64,000 nt of DNA, taken from contig JBGPIA010000012.1 of NCBI GenBank assembly GCA_041484665.1, positions 1 through 64,000 on the forward strand, in the 5' to 3' direction. Shown piece by piece: positions 46,349-56,434 of this stretch (position 1 is the first letter of the stretch; each line of letters begins with the position of its first letter). This DNA comes from Candidatus Krumholzibacteriia bacterium. GTDB lineage: Bacteria; Krumholzibacteriota; Krumholzibacteriia; JAJRXK01. The notes under the pieces are model-generated. The model was not told the DNA's origin. It worked only from the letters and a program-made list of their open reading frames with translations, and searched no databases. The translations under genes and the position numbers were made by a program.

Positions 46349-47290
46349 TCAGCCCTTGACGCTGCCGGCCAGGATGCCGCGCACGTAAGCCCGTTGGAAC
46401 AGCAGAAAGACCACCAGCGCCGGCAAGGTGGTGAGCACAGAGCCCGCCATCATGAGCTCGGTGTCCTGGACGTGCTCGCCCGACAGATTCGCCAGGGCGA
46501 CCGGCAGCGTGTAGTTGTGGTTGTCGCTGAGGATGATCAGCGGCCACATGAAGTCGTTCCACGCATTCAGGAACGTGAACGCCGCCAGGGTCACCAGAAT
46601 CGGCCGGATGACTGGCACCACGACCGTCCAGAAGACGCGCAGCTCCCCGGCGCCGTCGACGCGCGCCGCGTTGAGCAGATCGTCGGGCACGCTCAGCACG
46701 TACTGGCGGATCATGAAGATCCCCAGCACGTTGGCGAAGTACGGGATCATCACCCCCAGGTAGGTGTTGACCAGGCCCATCTGGCGCAGCAGCAAGAACA
46801 GCGGCAGCATCCCCACCTGCGCCGGAATCACCAGCGCCAGGGTCAGCCCACGGAAGAGCCCGTCGCGCCCCCGGAATGGCAACTTGGCGAACGCGTATCC
46901 GGCAAACGCATTCACCACCAGCGAGACGAGCATCGCCCCCGATGTGACCACTGCGCTGTTGAGGAAGTGGCGGGCCAGATCCAGACGCGTGAACAGCGCG
47001 ATGTAGTGCTCGAAGGTGACCCGGCGGGGAATGAAGCGCGGCGGGAGCACGTTCGCGTCGCCGGTCGGCATCAGCGATGCCGCCACCATCCACCCCAGCG
47101 GCGCCAGCGTGAGGATCGCCCCGAGCACCAGCACCACGTGCAGCAGAACCGGGCGCAGCGGCGCCGGACGCGGCGGGGCCGGGCGTGAACCGGCCGCGCG
47201 CGGCGCGGGCGGACGCGGGTCGGGCGGCGGCAACCCGGCCGGGGCCGGGTCGGCCGGGCGCGGCTCCCCAGGGCGGGGCAGCTGCGCCAT
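46349..47290 (-). CDS. Sugar ABC transporter permease (MalG-like)
   Basis: AGYAFAKLPFRGR, NAARVDGA (EAA loop), WNDFMWPL. Confidence 0.93.
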   Translation of the reverse strand: MAQLPRPGEPRPADPAPAGLPPPDPRPPAPRAAGSRPAPPRPAPLRPVLLHVVLVLGAILTLAPLGWMVAASLMPTGDANVLPPRFIPRRVTFEHYIALFTRLDLARHFLNSAVVTSGAMLVSLVVNAFAGYAFAKLPFRGRDGLFRGLTLALVIPAQVGMLPLFLLLRQMGLVNTYLGVMIPYFANVLGIFMIRQYVLSVPDDLLNAARVDGAGELRVFWTVVVPVIRPILVTLAAFTFLNAWNDFMWPLIILSDNHNYTLPVALANLSGEHVQDTELMMAGSVLTTLPALVVFLLFQRAYVRGILAGSVKG

Positions 47291-48180
47291 CACCGCTGCC
47301 CCTTCTGCAAGCGCATCTGTACCAGCGTGCCGATCAGCGTGATCAAGAGCAGCAGGAACGCTAGAGCCGAGGCCACCCCCATCCGCCACCAGCGGAAGCC
47401 CTCCTCGTACATGAGCAGCACGAGTGACGTGGTGCTGCGCAACGGGCCTCCTTGCGTCATCACATAGGGCTCCGAGAACAGCTGGAAGAAACCGATCATC
47501 GTGGTGACGCCCACGAACAGGAACGTCGGGGCGAGGCCGGGCAGGGTGACGTGGACGAAGCGCCGCCAGGCGCTGGCGCCGTCGATGGCGGCCGCCTCGT
47601 AGAGCTCCTCGGGGATACTCTGCAGGCCGGCGACGAAGATCAGCATGTTGTAGCCGAAGTTTTTCCACACCGCGAGCAGGATGATCGCCGGCATCGCCCA
47701 ATGCGGATTCCCCAGCCAGTCGATCGGGTGGATCCCCAGCCGGCCCAGCATGTGATCCAGCAGCCCGTAGCGCGGGTGGTACAGGTACCGCCATACGATG
47801 GCGACCGCGACCAGCGTGGTTACGACCGGGGCGAAGTAGATCGTGCGGAACAGTCCGCGCCAGCGCACCAACTTCGCGCTCAGCAGCAGGGCGGCGACCA
47901 GCGACACGATCACCGAGAGCGGCCCCCCCGCCACCACGAAATACAACGTGTTGCGCAGCGCGCGCCAGAATTCCGGGTTGGACAGCGCCTGGGTGTAGTT
48001 GCGCAGCCCCACGAAGCGCGCTGCCTCGGGCGTGCCGATGGCGTACAGGTCGAAGTCGGTCAAGCTCAGCAGCAGGCCGGCCACCACCGGCACGACGAAG
48101 AAGACTGCGATCAGCGCGAGCGCGGGCGCGACGAACAGCCACGCGGTGCGGGCTTGCTGGCGCTCCAACGTCGCGCTCAC
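47290..48180 (-). CDS. Sugar ABC transporter permease (MalF-like)
   Basis: FVGLRNY, LQSIPEELYEAAAIDGA, MTQGGP. Confidence 0.95.
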   Translation of the reverse strand: MSATLERQQARTAWLFVAPALALIAVFFVVPVVAGLLLSLTDFDLYAIGTPEAARFVGLRNYTQALSNPEFWRALRNTLYFVVAGGPLSVIVSLVAALLLSAKLVRWRGLFRTIYFAPVVTTLVAVAIVWRYLYHPRYGLLDHMLGRLGIHPIDWLGNPHWAMPAIILLAVWKNFGYNMLIFVAGLQSIPEELYEAAAIDGASAWRRFVHVTLPGLAPTFLFVGVTTMIGFFQLFSEPYVMTQGGPLRSTTSLVLLMYEEGFRWWRMGVASALAFLLLLITLIGTLVQMRLQKGQR

Positions 48181-49619
48181 GGCGCGTCCTTGCGCGCGAG
48201 CCCGCCGGACGCGCGGCGGCGCTCGCGCTCGATCAGCCAGCGCCGCTTCGCCAGGATGCGGTCCACGTCGCGATCGAGCAGCGCCAGCGCCGAATCGGCC
48301 GGCGCCGCTCCGCGCACCGCCAACTCGGCGCGCTCCTGGAGCTTGGTCGTGATCAGCTCCCACTCGGGGATCTTGGGCGTGGGCACGACGTATTGCAGCT
48401 GCTGGAAGAACACCCGCGTGTCGGGGTCGCGCGCCAGCGACGTGTCAGCCCAGGCCTCCGTGCGCGCGGGCAGATCACCGGTCAGCCGATAGAAGGCCAG
48501 CTGAGTCTGGGGCTGCGAGAGGTACTCCACCAGGCGCCACGCAGCCTGCTTGTGGCGCGACGCGCGGAACAGCACGAGGCTGGAGCCGCCAGCGAGCGAG
48601 ACGCCCGGCGACGGCGACGCTGGCATTCCCGCGTCGTGCAGCTGCGTTGCTGGCCCCGCGGCCCCCGGCGCCAACCCACCCGACCGCGACGCGTCCGGAC
48701 CCGCCACGTCCGGCGCCGGCAACGTCGACGTGCCCCATGCGTCCTGCAGCTCCGGTGGCAGGCGCCGCCGGAACTCGCCCAAGTTCCAGGGCCCGCTTAT
48801 GTACATGGAGAAGTAACCGCGCGCGAACTCCTGGTACAGGTTCGCGATCTCGTTGTTGCGCACGGGCGGCGCGAGGCCATCGCGGAAGAGGTCGAGGAAG
48901 AACGCAAATGCGCGCCGGAAGGGCGGCTCGCTGAAGGCGCCTCGGGTGTCGTCGTCTTGCAGCAGCGGCGAGCCCGCCTGCAGGCCCAGGATCACCTCGG
49001 GCGGCCACTCGTTCACCGGCAGGAAGATCGCGAACTTGTCCGGCCCGACCAGCTTCTTGATTGCCACCATCGCCGCGTGCCACTCGCTCCACGTTGCCGG
49101 GACGGCGTCGTACCCGGCGCGCGCGAGGAGATCCTTGCGGTAGAACAGCACGCGTGTGTCCACATACCAGGGCACGCCATAGAGCACGCGGTCGATGCGG
49201 TTGGTGTCCCAGATCCCGCGGAAGTAGGCGCTGGAGTCCACGGCTGTCGAGCCGGCGAGCCACGGCGAGAGGGGCTCCAGGGCGCGCAGCGCCGCAAACT
49301 CCGACACCCAGGTATTGCCCAGCTGCGCCAGGTCGGGCGTCGAGCGCCCCACAAAGGCGGTGAGCAGCTTCTCGTGCGCCGCCGTCCACGGGATCTGCTG
49401 GATCTCGACGTGGATCTCGGGATGCTGGCGCTCGAAATCGCGCACCAACTCCGACACGACCTCGCCCTCGCGGCCCATGGCCCAGAAGCGCAACGTGGTG
49501 GGCGCATCGCCCGCCGCGCGGCCGCAGCCTGCGACGAGCGTGCAGGCCGGCCCTGCGGCGAGCGCGCAGACGAGTGCAGCGCGCACTGCCCTAGCCCGCG
49601 CCGCGCGCGCGCCCGTCAC
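48177..49619 (-). CDS. Sugar ABC transporter substrate-binding lipoprotein
   Basis: Lipobox LVAGC, LRFWAMG, PDLAQLG, GVPWYVDTRVLFYRKD. Confidence 0.92.
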   Translation of the reverse strand: MTGARAARARAVRAALVCALAAGPACTLVAGCGRAAGDAPTTLRFWAMGREGEVVSELVRDFERQHPEIHVEIQQIPWTAAHEKLLTAFVGRSTPDLAQLGNTWVSEFAALRALEPLSPWLAGSTAVDSSAYFRGIWDTNRIDRVLYGVPWYVDTRVLFYRKDLLARAGYDAVPATWSEWHAAMVAIKKLVGPDKFAIFLPVNEWPPEVILGLQAGSPLLQDDDTRGAFSEPPFRRAFAFFLDLFRDGLAPPVRNNEIANLYQEFARGYFSMYISGPWNLGEFRRRLPPELQDAWGTSTLPAPDVAGPDASRSGGLAPGAAGPATQLHDAGMPASPSPGVSLAGGSSLVLFRASRHKQAAWRLVEYLSQPQTQLAFYRLTGDLPARTEAWADTSLARDPDTRVFFQQLQYVVPTPKIPEWELITTKLQERAELAVRGAAPADSALALLDRDVDRILAKRRWLIERERRRASGGLARKDAP

Positions 49620-51124
49620 GGCGCCACCGCAGCCGAGTCCAGCCAGCCGCCCGTGAAGCCCGCCGCGCGCAGTCCGCGGATCAGGTGGGGGTTGCGCCGC
49701 ATCGTCCGCCACACCAGGCCGCTGCGGTAGTTCTCCACCATGGCCAGAATCGGTCCCTGATCGATCCCCAGGTAGTCGGTGTCGAACCAGCCGAGCTGGG
49801 GGTCTACCTGACCATGATGCGCGTCGACCGGCAGTTTCAGCGTCGGGTTATAGGCATCCAGGAACCCGTACTCCGAGAAGAGGTGCTTGCCGTAGGTCTC
49901 GCGGATGTTGATCAGCGCAGGCAGGACGATCTGTGGCGTGAAGGCGATCGAGCCCGCGACGGCGGACGGCGACAGCGTGCCGTCGTCGTTGACGCCGGTG
50001 AACGACGCCCCGCGCGCCCAGTACGTGTGGAACTCGCGGGAGCGCCCGTCAATCGCAAGCGTGCCGTCGAGCGGTCCATCGCTGGCCGACAGCCCGAAGC
50101 AGCGCGGGCCGTAGCCCGCCCAGCCCATGGGATTGGCCACCGCATAGGCCTGCTGCGCGTAGACCGCGCGCCGCGAGTTCTCGAAATAGTCCAGGTCCTG
50201 CTGGCGCATGTAGGCGTCACGGATGCCGCGGAAGTCGATCCAGACGTGGGAGTACTGGTGCCCGAACAGCGGCGCGAAACCCACGTGTGGCGCGCCGTGG
50301 AAGGCACCCCACTTGTAGCCGCTGATCCAGGCAGACCACAAGTCACCCGTGACCGGATGGCTGGTGGATCCCAGGGCCAGGATATGCAGCACCATGGCCT
50401 CGTCGTACCCGCGCCAGTCGTAGGGCAGGAAGCCCTTCTCCGGCGACCAGCCCAGCACGAGCGTGGGCGGGCGTACCTGCGCCCAGCGCCAGTCCGCGCG
50501 CTGGTAGAGCGCCTCGGCCAGCGTGCGGATGCTGTCCTCGGTCGCGTCGGCAGCGTCGAAGTACGACTGGCAGAACAGCGCCCCCGCCAGAAGCAGCGCG
50601 GTGTCGACCGTGGAGAGCTCGACGTCGGCGAAGCGGTGCCCCGTCTGCGGCTCGAGAAAATGGTAGAAGAACCCGCGGTAGCCCGTGGCTCCGTGAAGCG
50701 TGGAATCTTGCGGGGCGGCCAGCATGGTGTGCAGCGTGCGCAGCACGCGCTCGCGGGCCTGCGCGCGCGTCACGTATCCACGCTGCGCGCCGATCGGGTA
50801 GGCCGTGAGTGCGAACCCCATCGCGCCCACGCTCACGAATGACCGGGTCGGCGCTCGATCGGGGGTCAGTCCCGTGCGCGCATCGCTGAGCTGCCAGAAG
50901 AACTGAAACGTACGCTGCTGCAGCGTGTCGAGGAAAGCCGTCTCGCGCGGCGTTGGCGTGTAGGCAGGCGCTGCGGCGGGGACCACAGGCCGCGGCAGCG
51001 CGGGCGGCGTGGCTGCCGTAGGCGGCGCAGGCGGCGCGGGCGTCGCATGGACGCCGGCGTCGGTCCGGCAGCCGGTGGCCGCCAGCGCGAGCAAGAGCGC
51101 AACGATGCGAAGCCCAGAGCGCAT
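49616..51124 (-). CDS. GH144-like (glucoamylase-family) lipoprotein, probable beta-1,2-glucanase
   Basis: Lipobox LAATGC; ELSTVDTALL, GYDEAM, PLFGHQYSHVWID, YLGIDQGP; paralogue of 21718..23340. Confidence 0.85.
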   Translation of the reverse strand: MRSGLRIVALLLALAATGCRTDAGVHATPAPPAPPTAATPPALPRPVVPAAAPAYTPTPRETAFLDTLQQRTFQFFWQLSDARTGLTPDRAPTRSFVSVGAMGFALTAYPIGAQRGYVTRAQARERVLRTLHTMLAAPQDSTLHGATGYRGFFYHFLEPQTGHRFADVELSTVDTALLLAGALFCQSYFDAADATEDSIRTLAEALYQRADWRWAQVRPPTLVLGWSPEKGFLPYDWRGYDEAMVLHILALGSTSHPVTGDLWSAWISGYKWGAFHGAPHVGFAPLFGHQYSHVWIDFRGIRDAYMRQQDLDYFENSRRAVYAQQAYAVANPMGWAGYGPRCFGLSASDGPLDGTLAIDGRSREFHTYWARGASFTGVNDDGTLSPSAVAGSIAFTPQIVLPALINIRETYGKHLFSEYGFLDAYNPTLKLPVDAHHGQVDPQLGWFDTDYLGIDQGPILAMVENYRSGLVWRTMRRNPHLIRGLRAAGFTGGWLDSAAVAP

Positions 51125-51414
51125 GGCCGCTCCATTCTTGGGCCAGCGGTCGGCGCGCGCAACCCCATTCGGGCCGGCGCCTGATCGCGGGTTCGTCGCG
51201 GCGCGGGCGCGGTGCGGCCAGCGCGACAAGCGCGCCATCGTCGCGCGGTTGCCCCGCCATTGTCGCGCGGTCGCCCCTGCCTTCACCCCACGCCCCGCCG
51301 TCCCTCCTTTGAGCATCCCGACTTGCGTTCGCACTCCGCCGGAAGGAAGATGATGCGTCGCGCCCGACGGCGGCCGCCGCACGGCCACCGCACCGCGACC
51401 GAAAGGACTGCGGC

Positions 51415-52677
51415 ATGCCTGCTCTGCGTCTGGAAGGCATTGCGAAGACCTTCGCCACAGGCCACGCGGCGATCTCGGGCGTCGACCTCGAGATCTCCGA
51501 GGGAGAGCTGGTGGTGCTGCTCGGTCCGTCCGGCTGCGGCAAGAGCACGCTGCTGCGTATCGTCGCCGGGGTCGAGGTGCCGACCGCGGGCCGCGTTCTC
51601 ATCGACGGCGACGACGTTACCCAGCTGCCGCCCCAGAAACGCGACGTGGCGATGGTCTTCCAGAACTACGCCCTCTATCCTCATATGAGCGTGCGCGACA
51701 ACCTGGCGTTCGGGCTGCGGATGCGGGGCACTCCCCGCGACGTCATCGGGAGGCGCGTGGCGGAGGTCGCCGAGATCCTCGGGATCGCCAACTTCCTGGA
51801 CCGCAAGCCAGCGCAGCTCTCCGGAGGCCAGCGGCAGCGCGTCGCGCTGGGCCGCGCGATCGCGCGGCAGGCGAAGGTCTTCCTGCTCGACGAGCCGCTC
51901 TCGAATCTCGACGCGCAGTTGCGCGCCCACACCCGCACGGAGCTGGCGCGCCTGCACCACTCCCTGCACGTTCCCATGCTGTACGTCACGCACGACCAGG
52001 AGGAGGCGATGACGCTGGGCGACCGCGTCGTCGTGATGCGCTCCGGCCGGTTCCTGCAGATCGGCCCGCCCATGGAGATCTATGGCCGCCCCGCCACGCG
52101 GTTTGTCGGCGAGTTCGTGGGCTCGCCGCGGATGAACCTCCTGCCCGGCCGGCTCACTCCCCTGGGCGGGGGTGGTGTTCAGATCGACGGGCTGGGGGGC
52201 GGGCTGCAGCTCGCGCCCGGAATGGTGGGCGGCGGGCGGGCAGCCGGGGGCGCCCCGGCAGCAGGCAGCGGGCAGGTTCAAGACGTTGGCCGCGCCGGCG
52301 GCAGCGGCGAAGCTGCGGGCGGCGGCCAGCCCGTCATCGTTGGACGTGACGTCGACAACGTGCGGGCTCTGGACGGCGGGCGCGCGCGCGAGCCGCGCGC
52401 TGTCGTCGTGGGCATCCGCCCCGAGGACATCGAGGTCGTCGAGCCGGCCGACGGCGATCTGCTTGCTCGCGCGGACGTGGTGGAGCCGCTGGGCAGGGAA
52501 TCGCTCCTGCATCTGGTGACCGGCGAGCGGGCCGGCGATCCACAAGCCGAGCTACGGGTGCTGGCCGCGGCCCCGACGCCGGTGCGGCCGGGTGCGCGGA
52601 TCGGCCTGCGGCTGCGGCGTGAACGTATCCATCTGTTCGATCCTTCCACCGAGGAGCGGCTCACGGGCTTCGCATGA
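51415..52677 (+). CDS. Sugar ABC transporter ATP-binding protein (MalK-like)
   Basis: GPSGCGKST, LSGGQRQRVALGRA, LLDEPLSNLDA, YVTHDQEEAM. Confidence 0.96.
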   Translation: MPALRLEGIAKTFATGHAAISGVDLEISEGELVVLLGPSGCGKSTLLRIVAGVEVPTAGRVLIDGDDVTQLPPQKRDVAMVFQNYALYPHMSVRDNLAFGLRMRGTPRDVIGRRVAEVAEILGIANFLDRKPAQLSGGQRQRVALGRAIARQAKVFLLDEPLSNLDAQLRAHTRTELARLHHSLHVPMLYVTHDQEEAMTLGDRVVVMRSGRFLQIGPPMEIYGRPATRFVGEFVGSPRMNLLPGRLTPLGGGGVQIDGLGGGLQLAPGMVGGGRAAGGAPAAGSGQVQDVGRAGGSGEAAGGGQPVIVGRDVDNVRALDGGRAREPRAVVVGIRPEDIEVVEPADGDLLARADVVEPLGRESLLHLVTGERAGDPQAELRVLAAAPTPVRPGARIGLRLRRERIHLFDPSTEERLTGFA

Positions 52678-52807
52678 GTCGCCTGGGCGAGCGCGCCCGT
52701 CCACGCCCGCGCTCTGCCGGCAAGCGCGGCTTGAGGCGGCCGGGCCGACGGGATACCTTGTGAGTGGCAGGGGGCGGATCCCCACACCCAGACGACGGGC
52801 GCTCCCC

Positions 52808-54742
52808 ATGGCCGGACGGCGTGGACGCGGGCGGCTCAACCAGTGCGGCTCGCAGGGGCATCGGCTGCGCGTCGGCTTGGGCGTCTGCCTCGCCACCCTG
52901 ACCATCGCCACGAGCATTCTCCCAATTGTCTCCGCGATCCTGCCCGCGATCCTCCCCGCGTCCGCTGCCGCAGCGCCCGCCCCCAAGCGCACCTATACCT
53001 TCGACCAGGACCCGATCCGGCTGGGGACGAAGGCGCTCGATGAGGGCCGCCTCGACGAGGCGAAGTCCCGCTTCGAGGAGGCCCTCGCCAACGGGTATCA
53101 GGTCTCCAGAGCGCGGTTCGGCCTGGCGGAGGTCGCCGTCGACGAGGGCCGCCTCGCCGACGCGGAGACGCTTTACCACGAAGCGCTGCTGGCGCGCGTG
53201 CAGGAGAGCAAGAAGCCCGACTTTCCGCAAGCGCACGCCGGCCTGGGGCTCTTGATGCTGCGCACGGGGCGCGCTGCCGAGGCAGCGCAGGAGTTCCAGG
53301 TTGCCCTCACCGAGAAGCCCGGGCTGTGGGGCGCGGTCTTCGGACAGGCGGCGCTGCTGCTGCAACAGGAGAAATGGGACGAGGCCAAGCCCCTGCTCGA
53401 CCAGGGCGCGACCCGCAAGGGCCGCGCGGACGGCGAGGACCAGTACCATTTCGGGATCGGCCTCTATCTAGCGGGGAAGGGGGACTTGAAGGGCGCGGAG
53501 AAAGAGGCCCTGCTCGCCCTCAGCCTCAACCCGTACGATCCCCAGTACGGCACGCTGGTGGCGCGCATCTACGAACGGCGCAACGTCCCGACGCTTGCCA
53601 TCGACGCCTACGAGAGGGTGCTCGGCGCTCCCGGTACGATGCCCACAGCACCGATGCTGCGCGATCTCGGAGCGCTGTACCAGAAGGTGGGGCGCTACAA
53701 CGACGCACGGGACCGCTATCAGCAGGCGGTGGCGGCGGACTCGACGTACGCCCCCGCGCTCAAGGACCTGGCCAATCTGCTCCGCCTCGCGAAGCAGCCC
53801 GACCACGCGGCCAAGGTCTACCTGCGCTACGTCCAGTTGCAGCCCAAGGACCCAGATGCCCAGGTGTGGCTGGCCGAATCCTGCAACGAGCTCCGCCAGT
53901 ACAGCCAGGCGCTCGAGGCCGCGCGCGCGGCGCTGGCCATCGACAGCACGCGGATCGATGCGCGAGTGGCCTTCACCCGCGCGGGCATCCAGAGTCGCGA
54001 CGCGCAGGCCCGCGCCGCAGCGGTCCGCGTCTACGCCTCGCTTCCCGATACCCTCCACTGGAAGCCGGCGGACTACCTGGCGCTGGCGACCGATCAGATC
54101 GACGCCAAGCAGTATCCATTGGCAGCGAAAATATTGAAATGCTCGCTCGAGCTGGACCCAGCGCAGCCCGAGGCCTGGTTTCAGCAGGGAATGCTCGAGC
54201 TCAATACCGCGCTGCCGGACTCTGCGATCGTCCATTTTCAGCGCGCGATCCGCCTGAACCCCAACTCGGCTCTATATTACTTGAACCTCGGCATCGCGAG
54301 TTTCCAGGCGAAGCACATCAAGGATGCGATCGCGCCGTTCCGCAAGACCCTCGAGCTGAATCCTGATCTTACCGTAGGACGCGTGCTGCTGGGGCAGGCG
54401 CTGGTCGCATGCGACTCGCTGTCCGCCGCGGAGGCGCAGTACCGCCATGTGCTGCAGACAGAGCCGGCCAATGCCAAGGCGCTGCGGGGCCTGGGCTTCT
54501 GCCTGATCCGCAAGGCGGACTACGGTGGCGCGGCCAGGATCTACAAGGCGGCCAGCGAGGCGGAGCCGGCCAATGCGGACGCATGGGCTGGGCTGGGAAA
54601 CGCCAACCTGGGGCTGCAGGACTGGGCGGCGGCGGAGGCGGCGTTCAAGAAGGCCGCGGCCATCGATCCCAATAACTCCAGCGTCAAGAAGGGCTTCGAG
54701 CTGCTGAGCAAGGCGAAGAAGGCACCCGCGGGGAACAAGTAG
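52808..54742 (+). CDS. Exported tetratricopeptide-repeat protein
   Basis: Hydrophobic N-terminal signal, then many TPR units (e.g. FQRAIRLNPNSALYYLNLG). Start uncertain. Confidence 0.9.
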   Translation: MAGRRGRGRLNQCGSQGHRLRVGLGVCLATLTIATSILPIVSAILPAILPASAAAAPAPKRTYTFDQDPIRLGTKALDEGRLDEAKSRFEEALANGYQVSRARFGLAEVAVDEGRLADAETLYHEALLARVQESKKPDFPQAHAGLGLLMLRTGRAAEAAQEFQVALTEKPGLWGAVFGQAALLLQQEKWDEAKPLLDQGATRKGRADGEDQYHFGIGLYLAGKGDLKGAEKEALLALSLNPYDPQYGTLVARIYERRNVPTLAIDAYERVLGAPGTMPTAPMLRDLGALYQKVGRYNDARDRYQQAVAADSTYAPALKDLANLLRLAKQPDHAAKVYLRYVQLQPKDPDAQVWLAESCNELRQYSQALEAARAALAIDSTRIDARVAFTRAGIQSRDAQARAAAVRVYASLPDTLHWKPADYLALATDQIDAKQYPLAAKILKCSLELDPAQPEAWFQQGMLELNTALPDSAIVHFQRAIRLNPNSALYYLNLGIASFQAKHIKDAIAPFRKTLELNPDLTVGRVLLGQALVACDSLSAAEAQYRHVLQTEPANAKALRGLGFCLIRKADYGGAARIYKAASEAEPANADAWAGLGNANLGLQDWAAAEAAFKKAAAIDPNNSSVKKGFELLSKAKKAPAGNK

Positions 54743-54861
54743 GGTCGGGGCACGAACGCTCGTTGCGCGCGGATCCTCTGCAACGGGATACACGATCGGC
54801 GGGATCGGTGGGGGCGGGTTCGTTGCGAGCAGCTCTTGTGCAGGAGGCAAGGCGCTGGGTG

Positions 54862-56061
54862 ATGCGCACGCTGCCCGGATCGATCGTCGGCACGGCCACG
54901 CCGGGGGCGGCACGCGCCGTGGTGGGCGCGGCCGCGCGCTGGGTGGCAATCGCCGCGATCGCGGCAGCCATCGTCGCGGCGCCGCCACGACTGCACGCAC
55001 AGCAGGCCAAAGCGTCCGGATCGCCCTCGGGCGCCGTGGTGTCCGCTCCGACCCCCGACGCCAGCAGCGATCCCGCCGCGGGTGATTCCCTGTCGTTCTC
55101 ACCGTCCCGGGCGCAGGACGAGGTCGTCAGCACGCCGGACGAGGGACGCGGGCTCATCCGCAGGATCATGGGATCACGCTTCGGCGCGAGTAAGGTCGCC
55201 GACCTGCTGTTCCGCCACAGCGGCATCATGTGGCTGTTGCTGCTCTTCGCCGTCGCGACGATTGGCGTGCTGTACCGCGTTGGAACTCCTGCGATCACCG
55301 ACCTTCCGGGCCCGGCCGCCCCGGTGCTGGCCGGTTTCCAGACGCTGCCGATCGTGGGCGAGGCGCACCCCGTCGGGAGCCTCGCGATGCGCCTCTCGCG
55401 GCAGGCGGCCGCGCTCGCGATCCTCGGCCACCTGATGGTGTTCGGAGCCTGGTTCGTGCAGCGCAGCCTCCCGCATGCGACGCCGCCGCGCCGGATGGTG
55501 CGCTTCGTTACGGTCAAGGAGCTCGCGCCGCCGCCATCCATCGGCGGGGCATCCCCGCCACCCGTGATCAACATCGCCGAAGAGGTCGCTCCGCCGCCGA
55601 TCGGCGTCCCCGAGCCGGTCCCCGCGGTCCAGGCCCAGGCGCCCACCATCGCCACGCAGCAGGAGATGTCCGAGGCCATTGCCCCGGTCAGCATGAGCGG
55701 GCTGGGATCCGGCAGCGCCGGCGACTCCATCGTCATCGGGACGCCGGGGCCCGGCGAGGTCGAGCACAGCCCCACCCCCGACGAGTTCGTCTCGGTCGAG
55801 GAGGAGCCCGTCCGCCTCAAGATCGATCCGCCGGTCTATCCCGACGTGGCGAAGGCAGCGTCGGTCGAGGGGACCGTACTGGTGCGCGCGCTGGTCGGCA
55901 AGGACGGCAAGGTGAAGGATTGCATCGTGATCGAGGGGAGCCCGATGCTCACCGAGGCTGCCGTGGCCTGCGCCAAGACCGCGGTCTTCAAGCCCGCCCT
56001 CGCGCAGCACAAAGCGGTCGAGGTGTGGGTGATGATGCCGATCACGTTCCAGCTGCGCTGA
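54862..56061 (+). CDS. TonB-family energy transducer with an extended N-terminus
   Basis: His-containing TM, Pro-rich linker, PVYPDVAKAASVEGTVLVRALVGKDGKV..FKPA..PITF. Confidence 0.88.
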   Translation: MRTLPGSIVGTATPGAARAVVGAAARWVAIAAIAAAIVAAPPRLHAQQAKASGSPSGAVVSAPTPDASSDPAAGDSLSFSPSRAQDEVVSTPDEGRGLIRRIMGSRFGASKVADLLFRHSGIMWLLLLFAVATIGVLYRVGTPAITDLPGPAAPVLAGFQTLPIVGEAHPVGSLAMRLSRQAAALAILGHLMVFGAWFVQRSLPHATPPRRMVRFVTVKELAPPPSIGGASPPPVINIAEEVAPPPIGVPEPVPAVQAQAPTIATQQEMSEAIAPVSMSGLGSGSAGDSIVIGTPGPGEVEHSPTPDEFVSVEEEPVRLKIDPPVYPDVAKAASVEGTVLVRALVGKDGKVKDCIVIEGSPMLTEAAVACAKTAVFKPALAQHKAVEVWVMMPITFQLR

Positions 56062-56133
56062 GCTGTTCCAGCTACCACCCGACACTCGACCCGCAGCGGG
56101 GTACCCGTACGATCGGGCCCTGGCGATACCACG

Positions 56134-56295
56134 TCAGCCGAGATAGCTGCGGCTCACACGGTTCGCGAAGTACAGGCCGAAGCCGGTCCCGATCGTGCTG
56201 AGCGTGAACGCGGCCATCAGGCCTAGTCGCTCGCCGAGCACCCAGCCGAGCCAGCCGCCGAGCGTGGCGCCGAGCAACGCCATTAGCTTTCTCAC
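56134..56295 (-). CDS. Small two-helix Gly-rich membrane protein
   Basis: RKLMALLGATLGGWLGWVLGERLGLMAAFTLSTIGTGFGLYFA; AAAGGGG upstream of the GTG. Confidence 0.65.
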   Translation of the reverse strand: MRKLMALLGATLGGWLGWVLGERLGLMAAFTLSTIGTGFGLYFANRVSRSYLG

Positions 56296-56434
56296 GACTC
56301 GTGCCCCTTTCCGCGCGGCCGATCCATCGCGTCGCCGCCGCTGTGGGTCATGGTCTGCGTCATTGCGTCCTACCTTCGATCTCCGATTCGGGATGCGAGT
56401 GGTCGGCATTCGGCGCGTCTGCGCCCTTGAGGGA

